Shown: positions 40,185 to 53,687, counted from the whole stretch's first letter. The stretch is 63,594 nucleotides of DNA, filler included, from Phoronis australis (GCA_002633005.1; 5 parts of 5 records of this genome joined end to end with filler, not necessarily neighbours in it), one strand, 5' to 3'. Notes: generated from the letters alone by a model not told the origin. Made by a program: numbers and translations.

Positions 40185-40233
40185 TTGTTTGAACGCTCTC
40201 TACAGTACAAGGTTCAGTGGTGACACAAACCTT

Positions 40234-40572
40234 TTAGTGATTTGCTTTTTCAAAGAAATTTTCCACTAGAATGAGTGTGGCAATCATAAAACCATGCAAA
40301 TGGTAACGACACGACCTGGCACCATTAGTTTTATCTGTTGTGGGTCCAGGACTATCTTGAATAAACTTGCTGACGATGGTCAAAGAACCATTATTCGGCG
40401 CAGGTGTAAGTCCGACCAGTTTACACATCAGGGAGTAGATGTCAACGATGTCAAAAGGTTCAGAAACAAATCTCTTTTTAAAGTTTGGCCCCCTGGCGAG
40501 GAAAAAAGCCTTCATAGTCATCAGCTCATTATCGTAGCCGTGTCCACCGACATATGACCGTGGCGCACTGGT
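40234..40572 (-). CDS. ENPP: Duplicate copy of the ENPP terminal coding exon (probably an assembly or haplotype duplicate)
   Basis: Same translation and same TTGTTACAG acceptor as 42466-42804. Confidence 0.55.
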   Translation of the reverse strand, partial: TSAPRSYVGGHGYDNELMTMKAFFLARGPNFKKRFVSEPFDIVDIYSLMCKLVGLTPAPNNGSLTIVSKFIQDSPGPTTDKTNGARSCRYHLHGFMIATLILVENFFEKANH

Positions 40573-42465
40573 CTGTAACAAAAACATGAAAGCATTTATA
40601 CAGCTAAGCTGTTCTGACGCCTGGAACAGTTTCAAATAGCTGCTAACAGTTGTACATAATTAGCTAGATTAGTACAGAAAAGATAATTTGTTTTGGTTTG
40701 TATCCCGACTCATTTTGAGACATGCCTTCACTAGCTAAGACAATGATGCGATGTTTTTTTTCTTTGGGCCGCCCGCCGGTCATTTCTGTCGCCCTTCACC
40801 GTCAGTTCAGCAACGGTGCCACCAGGGAGCAACTAAAGAAACACACATACCAAAACCAAGTACGCTTTTTTAGTTTTTATGTTAACATAATTTTGAATAT
40901 CTGTGTGAACACAAAAATGTCGCACTTTCATTTCTCAAAATATGGTTTGGACTTTTGGAGAAGCTTCCGCGAATTTCTGGTTGTTGGTCACATATTAAGC
41001 ATAACTCTTGTTGCTGCGTGCAATACCTGTAAGCAGTCGGTAAGCGTGGTATAGCAANCAAACACTGAATTAGCATGCGCTCTTACGGCCTCGGTGCCCG
41101 GTCATTTAGTTTATTGCATCTAAAGCCGGTAACGCAGTCAGTTGCTGGCTTCTCAAAACATTTACACTCATGAACACTCCAAGGCATTACAAATCGTATC
41201 TAATGAGAAAGAATTTGTTTCAGTTTTATATAAGTATTGGTTAGAGTGAAAATAATTCATTTTTAACCAGAACGCAGAATACTAAATGTCAACGTGGCAA
41301 CTCGCAATCCGACTTAGACGAGCGCTCATCCGATGAAGACTTCACTGGGCGATCATAGGTTTCACAGGCTACATGTATCAGTTCGAACGGGAATACACTG
41401 ATCAAGAAATAATAGAGAGGATCTGTGAACTTGCACAGACAACGGAACATGTGGATAGTTCCAAAAACCTTTTGAATGATGACACATTAATTTTCATGGT
41501 GTCATTTACCTAACTGCACGATAAGGGAAACGACTGACGCTTGCGTTTGCTGTCACGAAATTCCGCAAATGAAACGCCTTCTTGGAGAAGCGCAGATGTG
41601 TCTCATGAACCATCCTGATTTTGCACTGGTTCTAAACAGAGGTGTGCTTACGACGATTCTTTAGGGCTGAGAGAAAGAACTGGTGGAAACATCCTAGACT
41701 CAGAGGACCAAACAGGAGTCTCACGAACGAGTCCGTGATCAAACAGGTTATATAAAACGTTATTTTCTCACGCCTTGAATAATTGTAATTGTTTATGTGC
41801 AGGCCACTGATAGACACAGAGAAGTTTCATGATCTCATACTTGGTATTAGTTGCGTACATTTCATTCTTAACTACTGCAAGCCACTTCCGAAGCATTATA
41901 GGCTCTCGAAGAAATCGACAAAATGATATACCTGCTTTCCTCGTAGAATCACAGTTCGCACAAGCGGGAACGATACATCACACTCTGCAGAAGAACTGCT
42001 GACGTCGCTGCGTCGTTTCTCATCTTCCTCACAGTTTAACGCGACACTTCTCGGGGAATTAAGATCGACCGTATACGAGGTGATGTGGATATAGAGCGAT
42101 TAAGATGGTAAAAAGATAATGAATTAAATCGGGTTTAATTCTCCTTTAAGGCTTCGGCAGTGTGCCCCACTGGGACTCAAACCAACTACCTTGAGTAAAG
42201 GAAGCGAACACTTATCCTACTAGGACACACTGCTCCCTCCCACCCAAAACTTCCACAAAACTTACGGTAGAGTTCAGTAGCTGCATCGTGTCTAGAAAAA
42301 TCTAGCCAAAATCACGTGTTCTCATTTAAAATTTGCGACCATATCTAAAGTAATCTCGCGAAGTGTTGCTTTTAGCGAGGTCCCTAGCATAGATCCTAGC
42401 GTTACTGAACTCTACCTTGTTTGAACGCTCTCTACAGTACAAGGTTCAGTGGTGACACAAACCTT

Positions 42466-42804
42466 TTAGTGATTTGCTTTTTCAAAGAAATTTTCCACTA
42501 GAATGAGTGTGGCAATCATAAAACCATGCAAATGGTAACGACACGACCTGGCACCATTAGTTTTATCTGTTGTGGGTCCAGGACTATCTTGAATAAACTT
42601 GCTGACGATGGTCAAAGAACCATTATTCGGCGCAGGTGTAAGTCCGACCAGTTTACACATCAGGGAGTAGATGTCAACGATGTCAAAAGGTTCAGAAACA
42701 AATCTCTTTTTAAAGTTTGGCCCCCTGGCGAGGAAAAAAGCCTTCATAGTCATCAGCTCATTATCGTAGCCGTGTCCACCGACATATGACCGTGGCGCAC
42801 TGGT
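42466..42804 (-). CDS. ENPP: ENPP (alkaline phosphodiesterase/nucleotide pyrophosphatase, ENPP4-7-like) terminal coding exon
   Basis: TSAPRSYVGGHGYDNELMTMKAFFLARGPNFK...FDIVDIYSLMCKLVGLTPAPNNGS, containing the GxHGYDN metal ligand and the conserved C-terminal motifs. Acceptor AG at 42806-42805, phase 0, stop TAA at 42468-42466. Confidence 0.93.
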   Translation of the reverse strand, partial: TSAPRSYVGGHGYDNELMTMKAFFLARGPNFKKRFVSEPFDIVDIYSLMCKLVGLTPAPNNGSLTIVSKFIQDSPGPTTDKTNGARSCRYHLHGFMIATLILVENFFEKANH

Positions 42805-44061
42805 CTGTAACAAAAACATGAAAGCATTTATACAGCTAAGCTGTTCTGACGCCTGGAACAGTTTCAAATAGCTGCTAACAGTTGTACATAATTAGCTAGA
42901 TTAGTACAGAAAAGATAATTTGTTTTGGTTTGTATCCCGACTCATTTTGAGACATGCCTTCACTAGCTAAGACAATGATGCGATGTTTTTTTTCTTTGGG
43001 CCGCCCGCCGGTCATTTCTGTCGCCCTTCACCGTCAGTTCAGCAACGGTGCCACCAGGGAGCAACTAAAGAAACACACATACCAAAACCAAGTACGCTTT
43101 TTTAGTTTTTATGTTAACATAATTTTGAATATCTGTGTGAACACAAAAATGTCGCACTTTCATTTCTCAAAATATGGTTTGGACTTTTGGAGAAGCTTCC
43201 GCGAATTTCTGGTTGTTGGTCACATATTAAGCATAACTCTTGTTGCTGCGTGCAATACCTGTAAGCAGTCGGTAAGCGTGGTATAGCAACACACGCCGTT
43301 TTTAGAATTGGGCGTGTGTCATTTGCAGGATATTAAAGATACATAAAAGAAAGTCAAGCTATGCTCTTTTAACAATAGTCTAGTATTTGTGATCAAATTA
43401 AACAGAATAAGATTGAGTAGAATAATCTTTGAGTTTGTACTAGTGCAACAAAAGGGGTCACGACAGTTGAATGGTGTTGAAATTCACGTCTTAAATGTTT
43501 GAAACTACACGCGGTGGTTCTGTTTAACGCAATGCTCCTTTTAGTGGTCTCTCGTCATTGGTAAAAATTTCCTGTGTTCTAAATGGGTGAAAACATAAGT
43601 CAGAATATTTTCAAGACATATTTCAGAAGTCTTGCACGGACTCCTCTCTAAAACTGCTGCACAGTAAACCGATAAACCGTGTCCCACCACACATCCAGTC
43701 ACGTGTCTCACCACACTAGTCGTGACTGCAACCCGTGTTCCACTGACACTTCTCTTCTTGCTGTATAATTGACAAAGCAGAACCTCATAATAATAATAGA
43801 GAATCAATTTAGTGAGCTCCTCAGATGGGGAATTCCTTTGGACGTCATGCATATCTGTATCGTGCATTTCTCTCCCAAAATACACAAGAGAGTTTCCTAG
43901 ACTCGGGTTGTATAACGCTTAGCAAACATAGGAGTGGTCACATGTGGAATATAGGACGGTGTTTAATGCATGACAGAGGTCCAAAGCATAGAAGCAATAC
44001 AACGAGTCACAAGCAATTAAGGTTAAAATGCTCCGAAATTATATTACTGCGTTTAACTTAC

Positions 44062-44467
44062 GTAAACAACCTGCCAGCCTTCGTCAGGCATGATGAAGAT
44101 TTCCGGTATTCTTGAATTGTGCTTATAATGCAGCCTCTCTGGGATGTCCTTCTTTAGGTAGACCGTCATGTTTGGGTGAGCATTCTTCAGCGCGTTGTAC
44201 AGCTCCATTGTCTTGTTCACTATGGGTATTACGTGACATATTGTGCCATAGACGGGAACGGATTGGACGAGGGCTGACATATTAACAAATTTGGAGATGT
44301 TGATCATCTTCTTCTTGGGGTCTATGTTGGTCATTCCGTGGTCACTGGTCAGAATGATGTTAACCTTGTCCAGTAGATCATATTTCTCGAAGGTGTCAAG
44401 AAGATAACCTAGCACTGCATCCAGATCCTCAATCTTGCCAAGTATCCACTCAGAATCCGGACCATAC
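44062..44467 (-). CDS. ENPP: ENPP internal coding exon (406 nt)
   Basis: YGPDS...DAVLGYLL...VNIILTSDHGM...IPERLHYKHNSRIPEIFIMPDEGW. Acceptor TTAG at 44471-44468 and donor GTAAGT from 44061. Phase 2 in, phase 0 out. Confidence 0.95.
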
Positions 44468-45214
44468 CTAACATAGAAGAACGGAATGTTGGAATAGAAA
44501 GTTATATTAAGCTCGCAAAAGGCTGAATGCAAAACAATCTGTTAAGATACGCCTACCTGCTGAAACCTAATTAGAAACCTCCGCAATGACGAGCATTTTA
44601 CAAACCGACAAAACTTGGGCTTTAGGGGAATGTAGGACCCTAGAAAAATTTCAAATTTAGCTATCCTCGGAACATCTTATCACACAAGTGGCTGATCGAA
44701 GGAAATGTTTAGTTTAATTTTGGAGCCAAATGTCCATTAATGGCAAATTATTTACTGAAAATTGTTCACGGCATTTGGTATTATTTTATGACTCCGTTCA
44801 TGTCAAAGATACACGACCTGAGGACGACCAAGGACGATCCAGTCATATGCGGGTTTTGTTAAGCAATTGTTATGTAAGAGTTATCCAGCACCTAAAGAAA
44901 TTGTCAGATGGCAGTGACACTAATGGGACTGCTTAGTTGTAATGAAGCAATAGTGCAAGAGAGACCATCTCACAGAAGATTCTGGAAAGGGTCTTGCACA
45001 AAGACAAAAGAACAATTTACAGCAAGTTTGTTGTGTTTGCTCTCGTGTATTGTGGGTGGTGACAAACTACCAAAACATGTTACGTCACGAACGAATGTGA
45101 ACAGCAAAACGCATCGTAGGCAGTGACTCAGGGGCACTGCCGACACGCATTTCGTCACAAAATAGTGTGACTAGCGAAGTATGACAAGAATAATGGATTC
45201 TATCGCACCGTGTT

Positions 45215-48117
45215 GACTCTAGGAAGCCTAGAAAATGACTTGTGTGGCTACTTTTTGGGGGCAAGTAAATTTTGGTGTTTTTAAGGTCATTAAGTAGTAT
45301 ACTTTAAGAATCTAAAAAGTTCCCAAGGTTTGACTTGCACGTTTTCAAGAAATTTGATCTCAAACATCTGACTTTTTGCAAAATTTGGCACAGAAAATCA
45401 ATCTTCAAAAACCAAAACACTAGACAAAAACTGAATGATAATTTTATTGGAGTTTGTTCATTTGAATTTACTGGAAAAAAAAGAGATAAATATTATGACA
45501 TTAGGTGGAAAATTGCTAAAAAAGAGAAAAAGAAAATTTTGAGCAGCGCCTCTTGTTGGCCAGAAAACATACTGCTATATTCTGAACTCCTGCCAAAAGA
45601 ACAAAACTGTTAACCATTTGGAACTTGATAAAGATTTGATATCACAAACTATAAATGAAAAACATACATTTCAAAGCTTCTGCAATGAATTCACTGTCAT
45701 CACTTTGATTAATTGTCATAATTAGTTATCACTATTAACATTGCAGTTCACTGTCAACTGTCACAGGGGAACGATAAACCGTGCAGTTCTGACTGCCACT
45801 AGCATAAAAAAATGTTGTCAATATTTTCCATTGGGTTACAATTAATTTAAAGTTATTTAACAACATAGCACAAACTTATTATCTGTTTCTTCATCCACTC
45901 CATCATTATTTACATCATCATTATTGTCATCAAAAGTTGTTTCTTGAGACACCATGTTTAAACAAGACAGTCACACAAATTAGAATACGGCATGCCTCAC
46001 TTCAAACAAGAGCACATTTTTGTACTACAACCACTCTTTTTAAACTTGCAATTAAAATTTTAATGATATTTCTGGGGCTAAAAGCAGTCATCCAGAGGAC
46101 TTCAGACTACCCTGCGCCAAAAGCCACCCATTACCAACTGGAGATGGTGCATTGACATGCTGTTGGGAGGCTGGTTTGTGAATTACACACTGGTAGTTTG
46201 CTCTTTTGACAGCAAACAATCATGATCAGGAGGCAGATATGATTCCATCACAGATTTCAACCTGAATATGTGTAGCATGCTTCGTCAACTGTTGATGATG
46301 AGTCGCCGTACAGCTTGTATAGAAAAGGTTCAATGCCTTCCATGAGTTGACCAGAAAACACAATTGCTGAGCCAAACTTCAATGAAAATTTTTTAAAAAT
46401 ATCTCTGCAAGCCGGAATCAAAAATGTTTGTCAACCTGAATACCGTTTCATCTAAACACTTCAGCCATGTTGCAGTAATCCTTTTTACTGAAACATATAA
46501 CCAAAATGCTCTTCATTTCAACACACAGTATGGCCGACAAGTGAAATTTCGTCAATGTGTTCAGCAGAAGTAAGCATAAAGAGAAATGAGCATCATTACT
46601 AGCATTGATTGCACTGTGCAGTTGCATTCGAACAATTTAAGACACAGAAGAATTTTTAGCATCATTAATACTGTAGTTTAGAATTTGAAAATAAAGGAGA
46701 GGTCATTTTGGCAATAGTTCTTGTGTGATATTGGAATTCGTCTTATTTACCATAGAGCTACAAATTCTTTTGACTGTTCCTGTTTTAGACAGTATATAAT
46801 TGGAAGAGTAAAACTTTTCCTGTTCTAAAAACTCTCAATTCAAGGATCTGTGAGATTCTGAAATCTGAGCAACATTTGGATTTTCAAGATAATGAATTAC
46901 AGAACGAGTAATATTTCCATTTTTTTACTTCTCAACTTTCAAACACTGCTCATGTTATTACATAAAAGGGTCTGAAAATAGGCTTGGAAGTTTTTATGAG
47001 TGCTAATCACTCCCATGTAGGTAAATTTATCAAGCAAAGTAATTATTTTTTACCATAAATCACAGTTTTTCGAATTAAGAATAGGTAGTCATATTTACTA
47101 GTGAATGTTTGGAACTGGGATAGCTTTTCAAGTGTTCTTTTGTTTGTGAGCTTCTCTGTGATGGACTTTGTGGCAAATGATACATTGTGGTGCAACACAT
47201 ATACATTTCTTTGAGCACTGTTAAATGGAACTTACAGACAGTGACAATCTCCACAATTTTCTAGTAGGATCAACATTGTTTCCTTCATCTGCTTAGTCAA
47301 TTTTTAAAGTGCTCTTTCAATTTTTGTTTCATCCATAAAGTGTCTGTAGCACTGCTTATGATAGAAGAACTCTGTTTTTTCACAAAAACTTAAAAACTTC
47401 TCATCAATTATAACTTACTTGCACTCCATGTTTATCCACTTGTTTGCAGTAGCCTTAGATCACGTAACATCTGATAATTCCAGGAGCTAAGAATTTTTAG
47501 TAGAATCTGAGACAAGAATGAAACAAGGGGCAGACATCTCACCAATATATTGGGAAGTGGCACACTCATTCAAAAGTTCATTGCTTCAGCAGTGTCCCAG
47601 CTGGATCAAAATTGCTAACATGCCAAGAATTGTATCAGTATGAGGACACTTCGACACCTGCCACTTGACTTGGCTTTCCTCAATTCCTAACTGCTGCCTG
47701 CTGGTTTACATGTACGAGTCTTGGCCCTTGGTAATTGACAGCTACTTGCACACCCATCCAAGAATTAATTCTTTTCAATGTGGACAGTAGCTGTAAATAA
47801 GTTAACCAAGCCAGCAGGATAGGATCTCCTGGCTGTCCTCGAGTGCTTTCACGAAGCAGACAACTTGAGAATGGGAAAGTACGGACACAATATTTTCCTG
47901 ACATTTGATTGTCTGTGCTGATCATTTGCGCTAACACCTGGAGGCTAACACATTAGTTGAGGCTAGCTTTAAATTAAAATTCTTAATAAACGTGCAAGCG
48001 TATTCTTGGGAATTTTTTTGAAATTGACTTTTGAACATCTGTAGATGGGTTTGATGCAAAGTTCCCACTGCCCCCCGAAAGTAGCCAGAGAGGTGAAAGA
48101 TAGGAGAACTGGGACTA
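45215..48117 (-). mobile_element. Decayed, internally deleted Academ transposon in an ENPP intron
   Basis: Terminus TAGTCCCAG (minus) at 48117. Subterminal TGGCTACTTT..GGGGCA is inverted between about 45245-45263 and 48069-48087. Minus-strand motifs FYHKQCY (~47350-47372) and EPFLYKLYG...LPPDHD...RANYQ...PSPVGNGW...LWM (~46085-46335). Confidence 0.78.
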
Positions 48118-48200
48118 TGGCCTATAATGGATTCTACCGCATCGTGTGATGTCACGAAGGACTGTAGACAGCAAGTGTCGTTACAGTACAGTGGGAGATA

Positions 48201-51200
48201 ATTGTCGCTGGTACAAGAACTGACCAGCAGGACTTGCGAAACACCGTGTGAACACTTAGTTCAAGAAGTGACCAACAGGATCGTCGTTGAAGGAACATCA
48301 AAGAATAGCATATTTGACTTTGATGCTTAATCGTGATTTAATTAAAGGACTCCCTACAGGGTGCGCTAGCATAGTTACGGGGCACTGTCAGTGTTAAGAA
48401 ATCTCAATTGTGTTAAGTGAGATTGTTGCACTATAAATTGACGTTTGAACAATATGCAATTAATTTGGTCACGTGATCATCGTTTTAGTAAAACTTCGAA
48501 AACTAAAGGTAAATTTATAGCAAAACAGCTATGGAACACATGATCATATTATGTTTCATTCAAATGTTCAAGATGAAATCTCAATAACGCTGTTACTGTT
48601 GTCTGAATTATTAATGACATTTTTACTTTGCGCAACTTTTCAGTTNATGCTGAAGCCCCTTGTGTGTTCTATAACTATGCAGTTCCATTCGGAGAATACA
48701 CAACATTGCTTGGTAAGTTTTTAGCAATCAGTTTCGATCAACATCGTTCGGTGATGTTATCCCCACCAGTTAGCCCACTGAATAACAGTTTTTTTGAGTG
48801 GAACTAAGTGTTTCTTTTTGGAAACTCACCCGATGCCGGGTAGGCTAGCAGCACATATTCATATTGTCCTGGGTGGGAGTGCTCCCAAAATAAGAGTTGT
48901 ATGGTACGTGATGCACAGAAGTCAAGTGACTTTTTCACAGCAGTTTCTCTTCAAAACTATGCTGTTTCCAATAAAACTCTCTAGATGAGTGAGTTTCCTT
49001 ATTTTATCGTGGACCCCACCCCCAGGACCACCAGCTCAGTTATCGAATTAACATGAATAAGCCTTAATTCAGTAAATGTGGTAACATTGCATTTGAAAAA
49101 AAAAATTGACACCTGGAATGAATTTTACTTGTTGAGCCCATTTTAAGTGTCATGAAAAATACACATTGTTAAATCACTTTTAGCCTGTTTCACATATTTT
49201 AATTTAGATATTAAATAAGACTTGTGTACAAAGGTTATTAGTTTCTACACATAAACATGAAGATGAAATGTCAAGTATGTTCTGCCTTACAAAAGTAGTT
49301 TTGTCTTGTCTTTTCTTTTACAATTTGCTAATATTTCTATTCTGTTACAGGCAAGAAAAAACAACTGAAACCAACCGTCTGACCATCTATTTCACCATTG
49401 GACAAGATGAAAAGCAATCCTTCAGGAATAACCTGAGAGAATTGAACATAATTCTGAAATTCAGCATCTGATATGCCTGATTATGGACTCCCTCGAAATG
49501 ATGTTTCTTTCTGTGCTTTTTCAGTTTGCCATTTGTTTTTAAATACACTGATAATTGTTTATTCTTGAATCTTGAGCATAGCAGATTCTTATCCAGCTAG
49601 CTACAATTGAAAACATACAATAAGACAATCGATGCAGTCACTGAATGTCATTTCCCCATAATCTGTACCAAATTGAAAAGTTTTTACCAATACTATAAAG
49701 CCTTTCTTCTGAAAGGAAAATTCAATGTCACTCAGCTTTTGGCTTTCATTTCACTGGGTTCTAGTTTCAATGGCCTATAGAAGCGCTAGTAAAAAAGGTC
49801 CAGTTTCAACACGTGGCTTTCTTTCATGTAACCTCATTCAGCCTCAATAACATCCACAATGAGACCCTTGAAGGTGAACACAGCAGCATATCACTTGAAT
49901 CGTTCTGAGCCCAAATTCAGACTCTGAACTAGACCAGAGTGCGACTAGGTCTTCTTTAGCTTTAGTCCCTCATGTTTCTTCCAGGAAAGGAAATAAGCTA
50001 TTGTCCACACATAACTCATTGCCTATGAAAGGGCATCCTCACCAACAAGGCTTATTTGTGTAGCAGTTAGATATAGTTCATCTGGATACACATAATCTCC
50101 ACTGGCACATTGTCTTATGGTAACTTAGTACTGCTATTCACATTTCTCCAGGGCCACTGACTTGCACATTGTGCCAAGCAGCACTGCTGGTGTGTGGAAG
50201 TGCTGTGGGAAGAGAACGGAGTAACAAAGCTTGTCTATGATACAGCTTGAAATGGCCTTAAAATGTTACTGAACCTGGAACAAATATTGAAATATGAATA
50301 ATTAAGTACTCCAGATTGGATCAAAAATGTTATCCCTGTTTTTCAAAAATATATGGTGATTGGTCTACAGTTTCACATAAAAGTAAATAATTACTCAGAA
50401 ACCAAGGGTGTATATAATGAGTATTGCATAAAACTGTGTCTTTATATTTTAACCCTAGCCATAACAATCCTTTAAACACATCAATTGTCTGTAAAATATA
50501 CAATTTTTTTGAGACAACTTCAAACCTTTGTTACCCATTTTCAAGCCTTTTTAATTTGGATACTTTCAGCAATTTTAAACTCAGATTACAGGTTCATGGG
50601 TCTGTCAAGCATATTTCTAGCCTAAGGTTGAGGGAACCGTTTTTCTTCTTATAGAAGATATGAAGACTTGGGTCATTTAAAAATGATGGATAATCTTTCT
50701 GTTGTTTAAGAGTAATTACCAATCGTAAGGCACCATCAAAAATGCAATTTTCACAAAAATGGCAGTCATTTGAATTTAGAACGACTTGCAACATTTCAAG
50801 GCATGAGTTAAGACTGTTCAGTCTCTGTGAATTCGGAAAATGTAATATATTTTCGTGGTTTTACAATTGATACAAGTAGCAAAACAGTTTCATGAAATCA
50901 ACTTGAAGGGACTTCGTGAAGGCTAAGAATTACCTCACCATGCTCTTTTCCCCAAACATGTATTACCTGTTATTTCAACACATTCAGTTGTACCAAATGT
51001 TACAACCCCTCATGCCAATCCCCCCTCGGACCTGAATAAGTAATTTAACAAAATGACTTAAAAAATAGCTGTTCCTTTTCAAAGGCTTTGTTCATTGTCT
51101 CCAATATTGAAAGTAGGCTTTGACAACAGATCTGCACTGGATGGGAAGATCTTGTTGGTTAGCTGCAGTCAAATGCTAAAAACCAATTTTTGTCCATTCA

Positions 51201-52316
51201 GGGACGGTGCAGAAGCGATGCATATCTCCTCTGCAAGCCTTCAAACTTAAAAACCAAAGGTTACGTGAAAACTGACGTGATAGATTTCCATTTCAACGTT
51301 TAATAGATTTCCAGAAGACATATGATAGGGAGTAAACAAATAGTCTAATGCAATGGATATTTATCACTCACGTACCCTCTGCCATAAGGATTGGATTGTA
51401 ATCTTAACTCATTAACCTGTATCGAGTTGACAGCATGAACATTCAGCATTGATGTAACTGTCACGGATAAACTTTTAGAAATTTTTTCAAACAATAATAA
51501 TGCTTTGATGTACGAAAAGATCCCGATTGCTACGTCAAGTATCGTATCACATATCACAACATACAAAGATTAACTAGACTCTGGCTGGCGACTGACTGCC
51601 GCGAAGTCGACATCGGCGAGTGCCTCAGCTAACAGGCATCGGTAGAATAATCATGGAATAATCGTTGAAATAATCACAAACCTTGCCTTTGTATGAGGTC
51701 GTGCTTACTTCCTCTCATAGAAGCCCTCTTTTTACGCAATCTCAGATTCAGTTGGCACGGCTGCAATTCATTTCACCATGTATTTAAAGGGCTCGCGAAA
51801 TCGAAGCTGTTAATCTATCACCACTAGTACACGCACGCCCTCTAGTTATTGTAGATTTTCCGAATAGCCCCATTGTCGCTGGTACAAGAACTGACCAGCA
51901 GGACTTGCGAAACACCGTGTGAACACTTAGTTCAAGAAGTGACCAACAGGATCGTCGTTGAAGGAACATCAAAGAATAGCATATTTGACTTTGATGCTTA
52001 ATCGTGATTTAATTAAAGGACTCCCTACAGGGTGCGCTAGCATAGTTACGGGGCACTGTCAGTGTTAAGAAATCTCAATTGTGTTAAGTGAGATTGTTGC
52101 ACTATAAATTGACGTTTGAACAATATGCAATTAATTTGGTCACGTGATCATCGTTTTAGTAAAACTTCGAAAACTAAAGGTAAATTTATAGCAAAACAGC
52201 TATGGAACACATGATCATATTATGTTTCATTCAAATGTTCAAGATGAAATCTCAATAACGCTGTTACTGTTGTCTGAATTATTAATGACATTTTTACTTT
52301 GCGCAACTTTTCAGTT
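48201..52316. repeat. 445-bp direct duplicate (48201-48645 and 51872-52316) around a single-N junction; empty versus filled haplotype
   Basis: The two blocks appear identical. N at 48646. The second copy directly follows the TIR ending at 51871. Confidence 0.88.
48647..51871 (-). mobile_element. GGGGCTATTCGGA-family element, longer variant, left TIR missing at the contig junction
   Basis: Ends TCCGAATAGCCCC then ATTG. Reverse-complement homology to 17738-20180, with extra internal segments partly shared with 31289-32439. Confidence 0.82.
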
Positions 52317-52904
52317 ATTCCACAAAAGTCCTAAATGTCCTATTTTTGAAAGCTCCTCACCCAAATGTGGGACATTTTAAACACAGTTTCCAACAACAGT
52401 TTAGAGATCACAGTATAAAGCGTACATGTAGTATCTGGAAGATTCATATGAATCCGATCAGCCATATGGTGTTCCCGAATTCAGCCAAATTTAGACATTT
52501 TTCCAGGGTACACAATTTTAAGTGAAAACGACTTTACTATTTAGGGCTTATGGTTAGAAATTATGGAGAATCAATCATTATTGATAACTTTAACTGTCAT
52601 TTTGACAAGAGCATTGCTTCGACTGATGAGCAGGCGGCCGTCCAAAGCATGTATTGAGGAATGGAAACCTTTTGGTTCACCTCAAAGCAGTGCTTTACTA
52701 AAATTCAAAATTATTTTAAACTTCGTGTTCCATGTCCTTCAACTGCTACATTTTACATCTTGAACTACTACACAGTCAGAGACCGAGAGAGATCACTTGC
52801 TGACGCTTGTACAATGCACTGTAGACCTATAAACCTCGAGAATAAAACACAAAAATAGGTACTTTAACTACTAGTGTACAGCTAAATATACCGAAAATTA
52901 TTAC

Positions 52905-53097
52905 TTATGACCCGTGCTGTCGGGTTCGTAGAAGTAAAGGGCAGCGACATCTATCTCTTCTTTTGTAAACCATCGTCTCACTTCGTCGACACGGTCTCTG
53001 AATACAGTTTTCTTGTCGTAAGGTTTATAAAAATTTGGTTTAAATCCTTGCAGCTCCACTTCACCGCCAGGCCAGAAATATGTGGCGCTATTCTTAC
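52905..53097 (-). CDS. ENPP: ENPP internal coding exon (193 nt)
   Basis: GKNSATYFWPGGEVE...FRDRVDEVRRWF....DVAALYFYEPDSTGHK, containing the EPDxxGH zinc ligands. Acceptor TCTAG with AG at 53099-53098 and donor GTAATA from 52904. Phase 1 in, phase 2 out. Confidence 0.95.
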
Positions 53098-53607
53098 CTA
53101 GAAGACAACAGAGTTTCAATAGTGGTGATGGCACAATCGAAACTGGAAACAGGTAGATGCGAAAGTGTACTTGACGCGACGCCATTGTTAAGCTTGCGGA
53201 AAATAACGCGGAACTACCGATCTACAAGAGTATGCCGCCCTACTTTTCTCTATCGTCAAATTACGAGTAGAGTAATGCAATTTAGCCATAACTGATGCAA
53301 AATATATGGAATTTCAAGCAACAACTAAAACTCCACTTCAAAGTCAGTTTTAAACGAGGAAAATGTAAAAAGTACTGGTTTATTCGCAACAGCAAAGTTC
53401 CAGTCTTTGACCCACCTACATTGCTCAGATCAATCATTTCGAAATTGTCATTTTTTCGCTAGCCTTTTTTTAATCCTATTTGCTCACCAGAGGTCGACAA
53501 TAATACAGTACCACGTTGTCAAGGAGTTCGTCATCTCGAACACAGAAAGTACACGTCCTTTTTGAGTATTTTAGAAACACAATTATCCGGCTAAGGCTGA
53601 GGCCACC

Positions 53608-53687
53608 GACCTAACTCGCCCGTGGTTAGTTCCTTAGGCGGACCTAAACTGCCCATGATCAGTTCCTTTAGCGAACCTCAACTGCCA
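53608..53687. repeat. Short tandem repeat, ~33-bp unit, about 2.5 copies
   Basis: GACCTAACTCGCCCGTGGTTAGTTCCTTAGGCG / GACCTAAACTGCCCATGATCAGTTCCTTTAGCG / AACCTCAACTGCC. Confidence 0.6.

Larger units (their letters stand above)
38848..43289. repeat. Direct duplicate blocks 38848-41057 and 41059-43289, including the ENPP terminal exon
   Basis: Joined at the single N at 41058. Offset is 2232 bp over the exon. The TE-derived left part differs by many substitutions, while the exon-containing right part appears identical. Confidence 0.92.
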
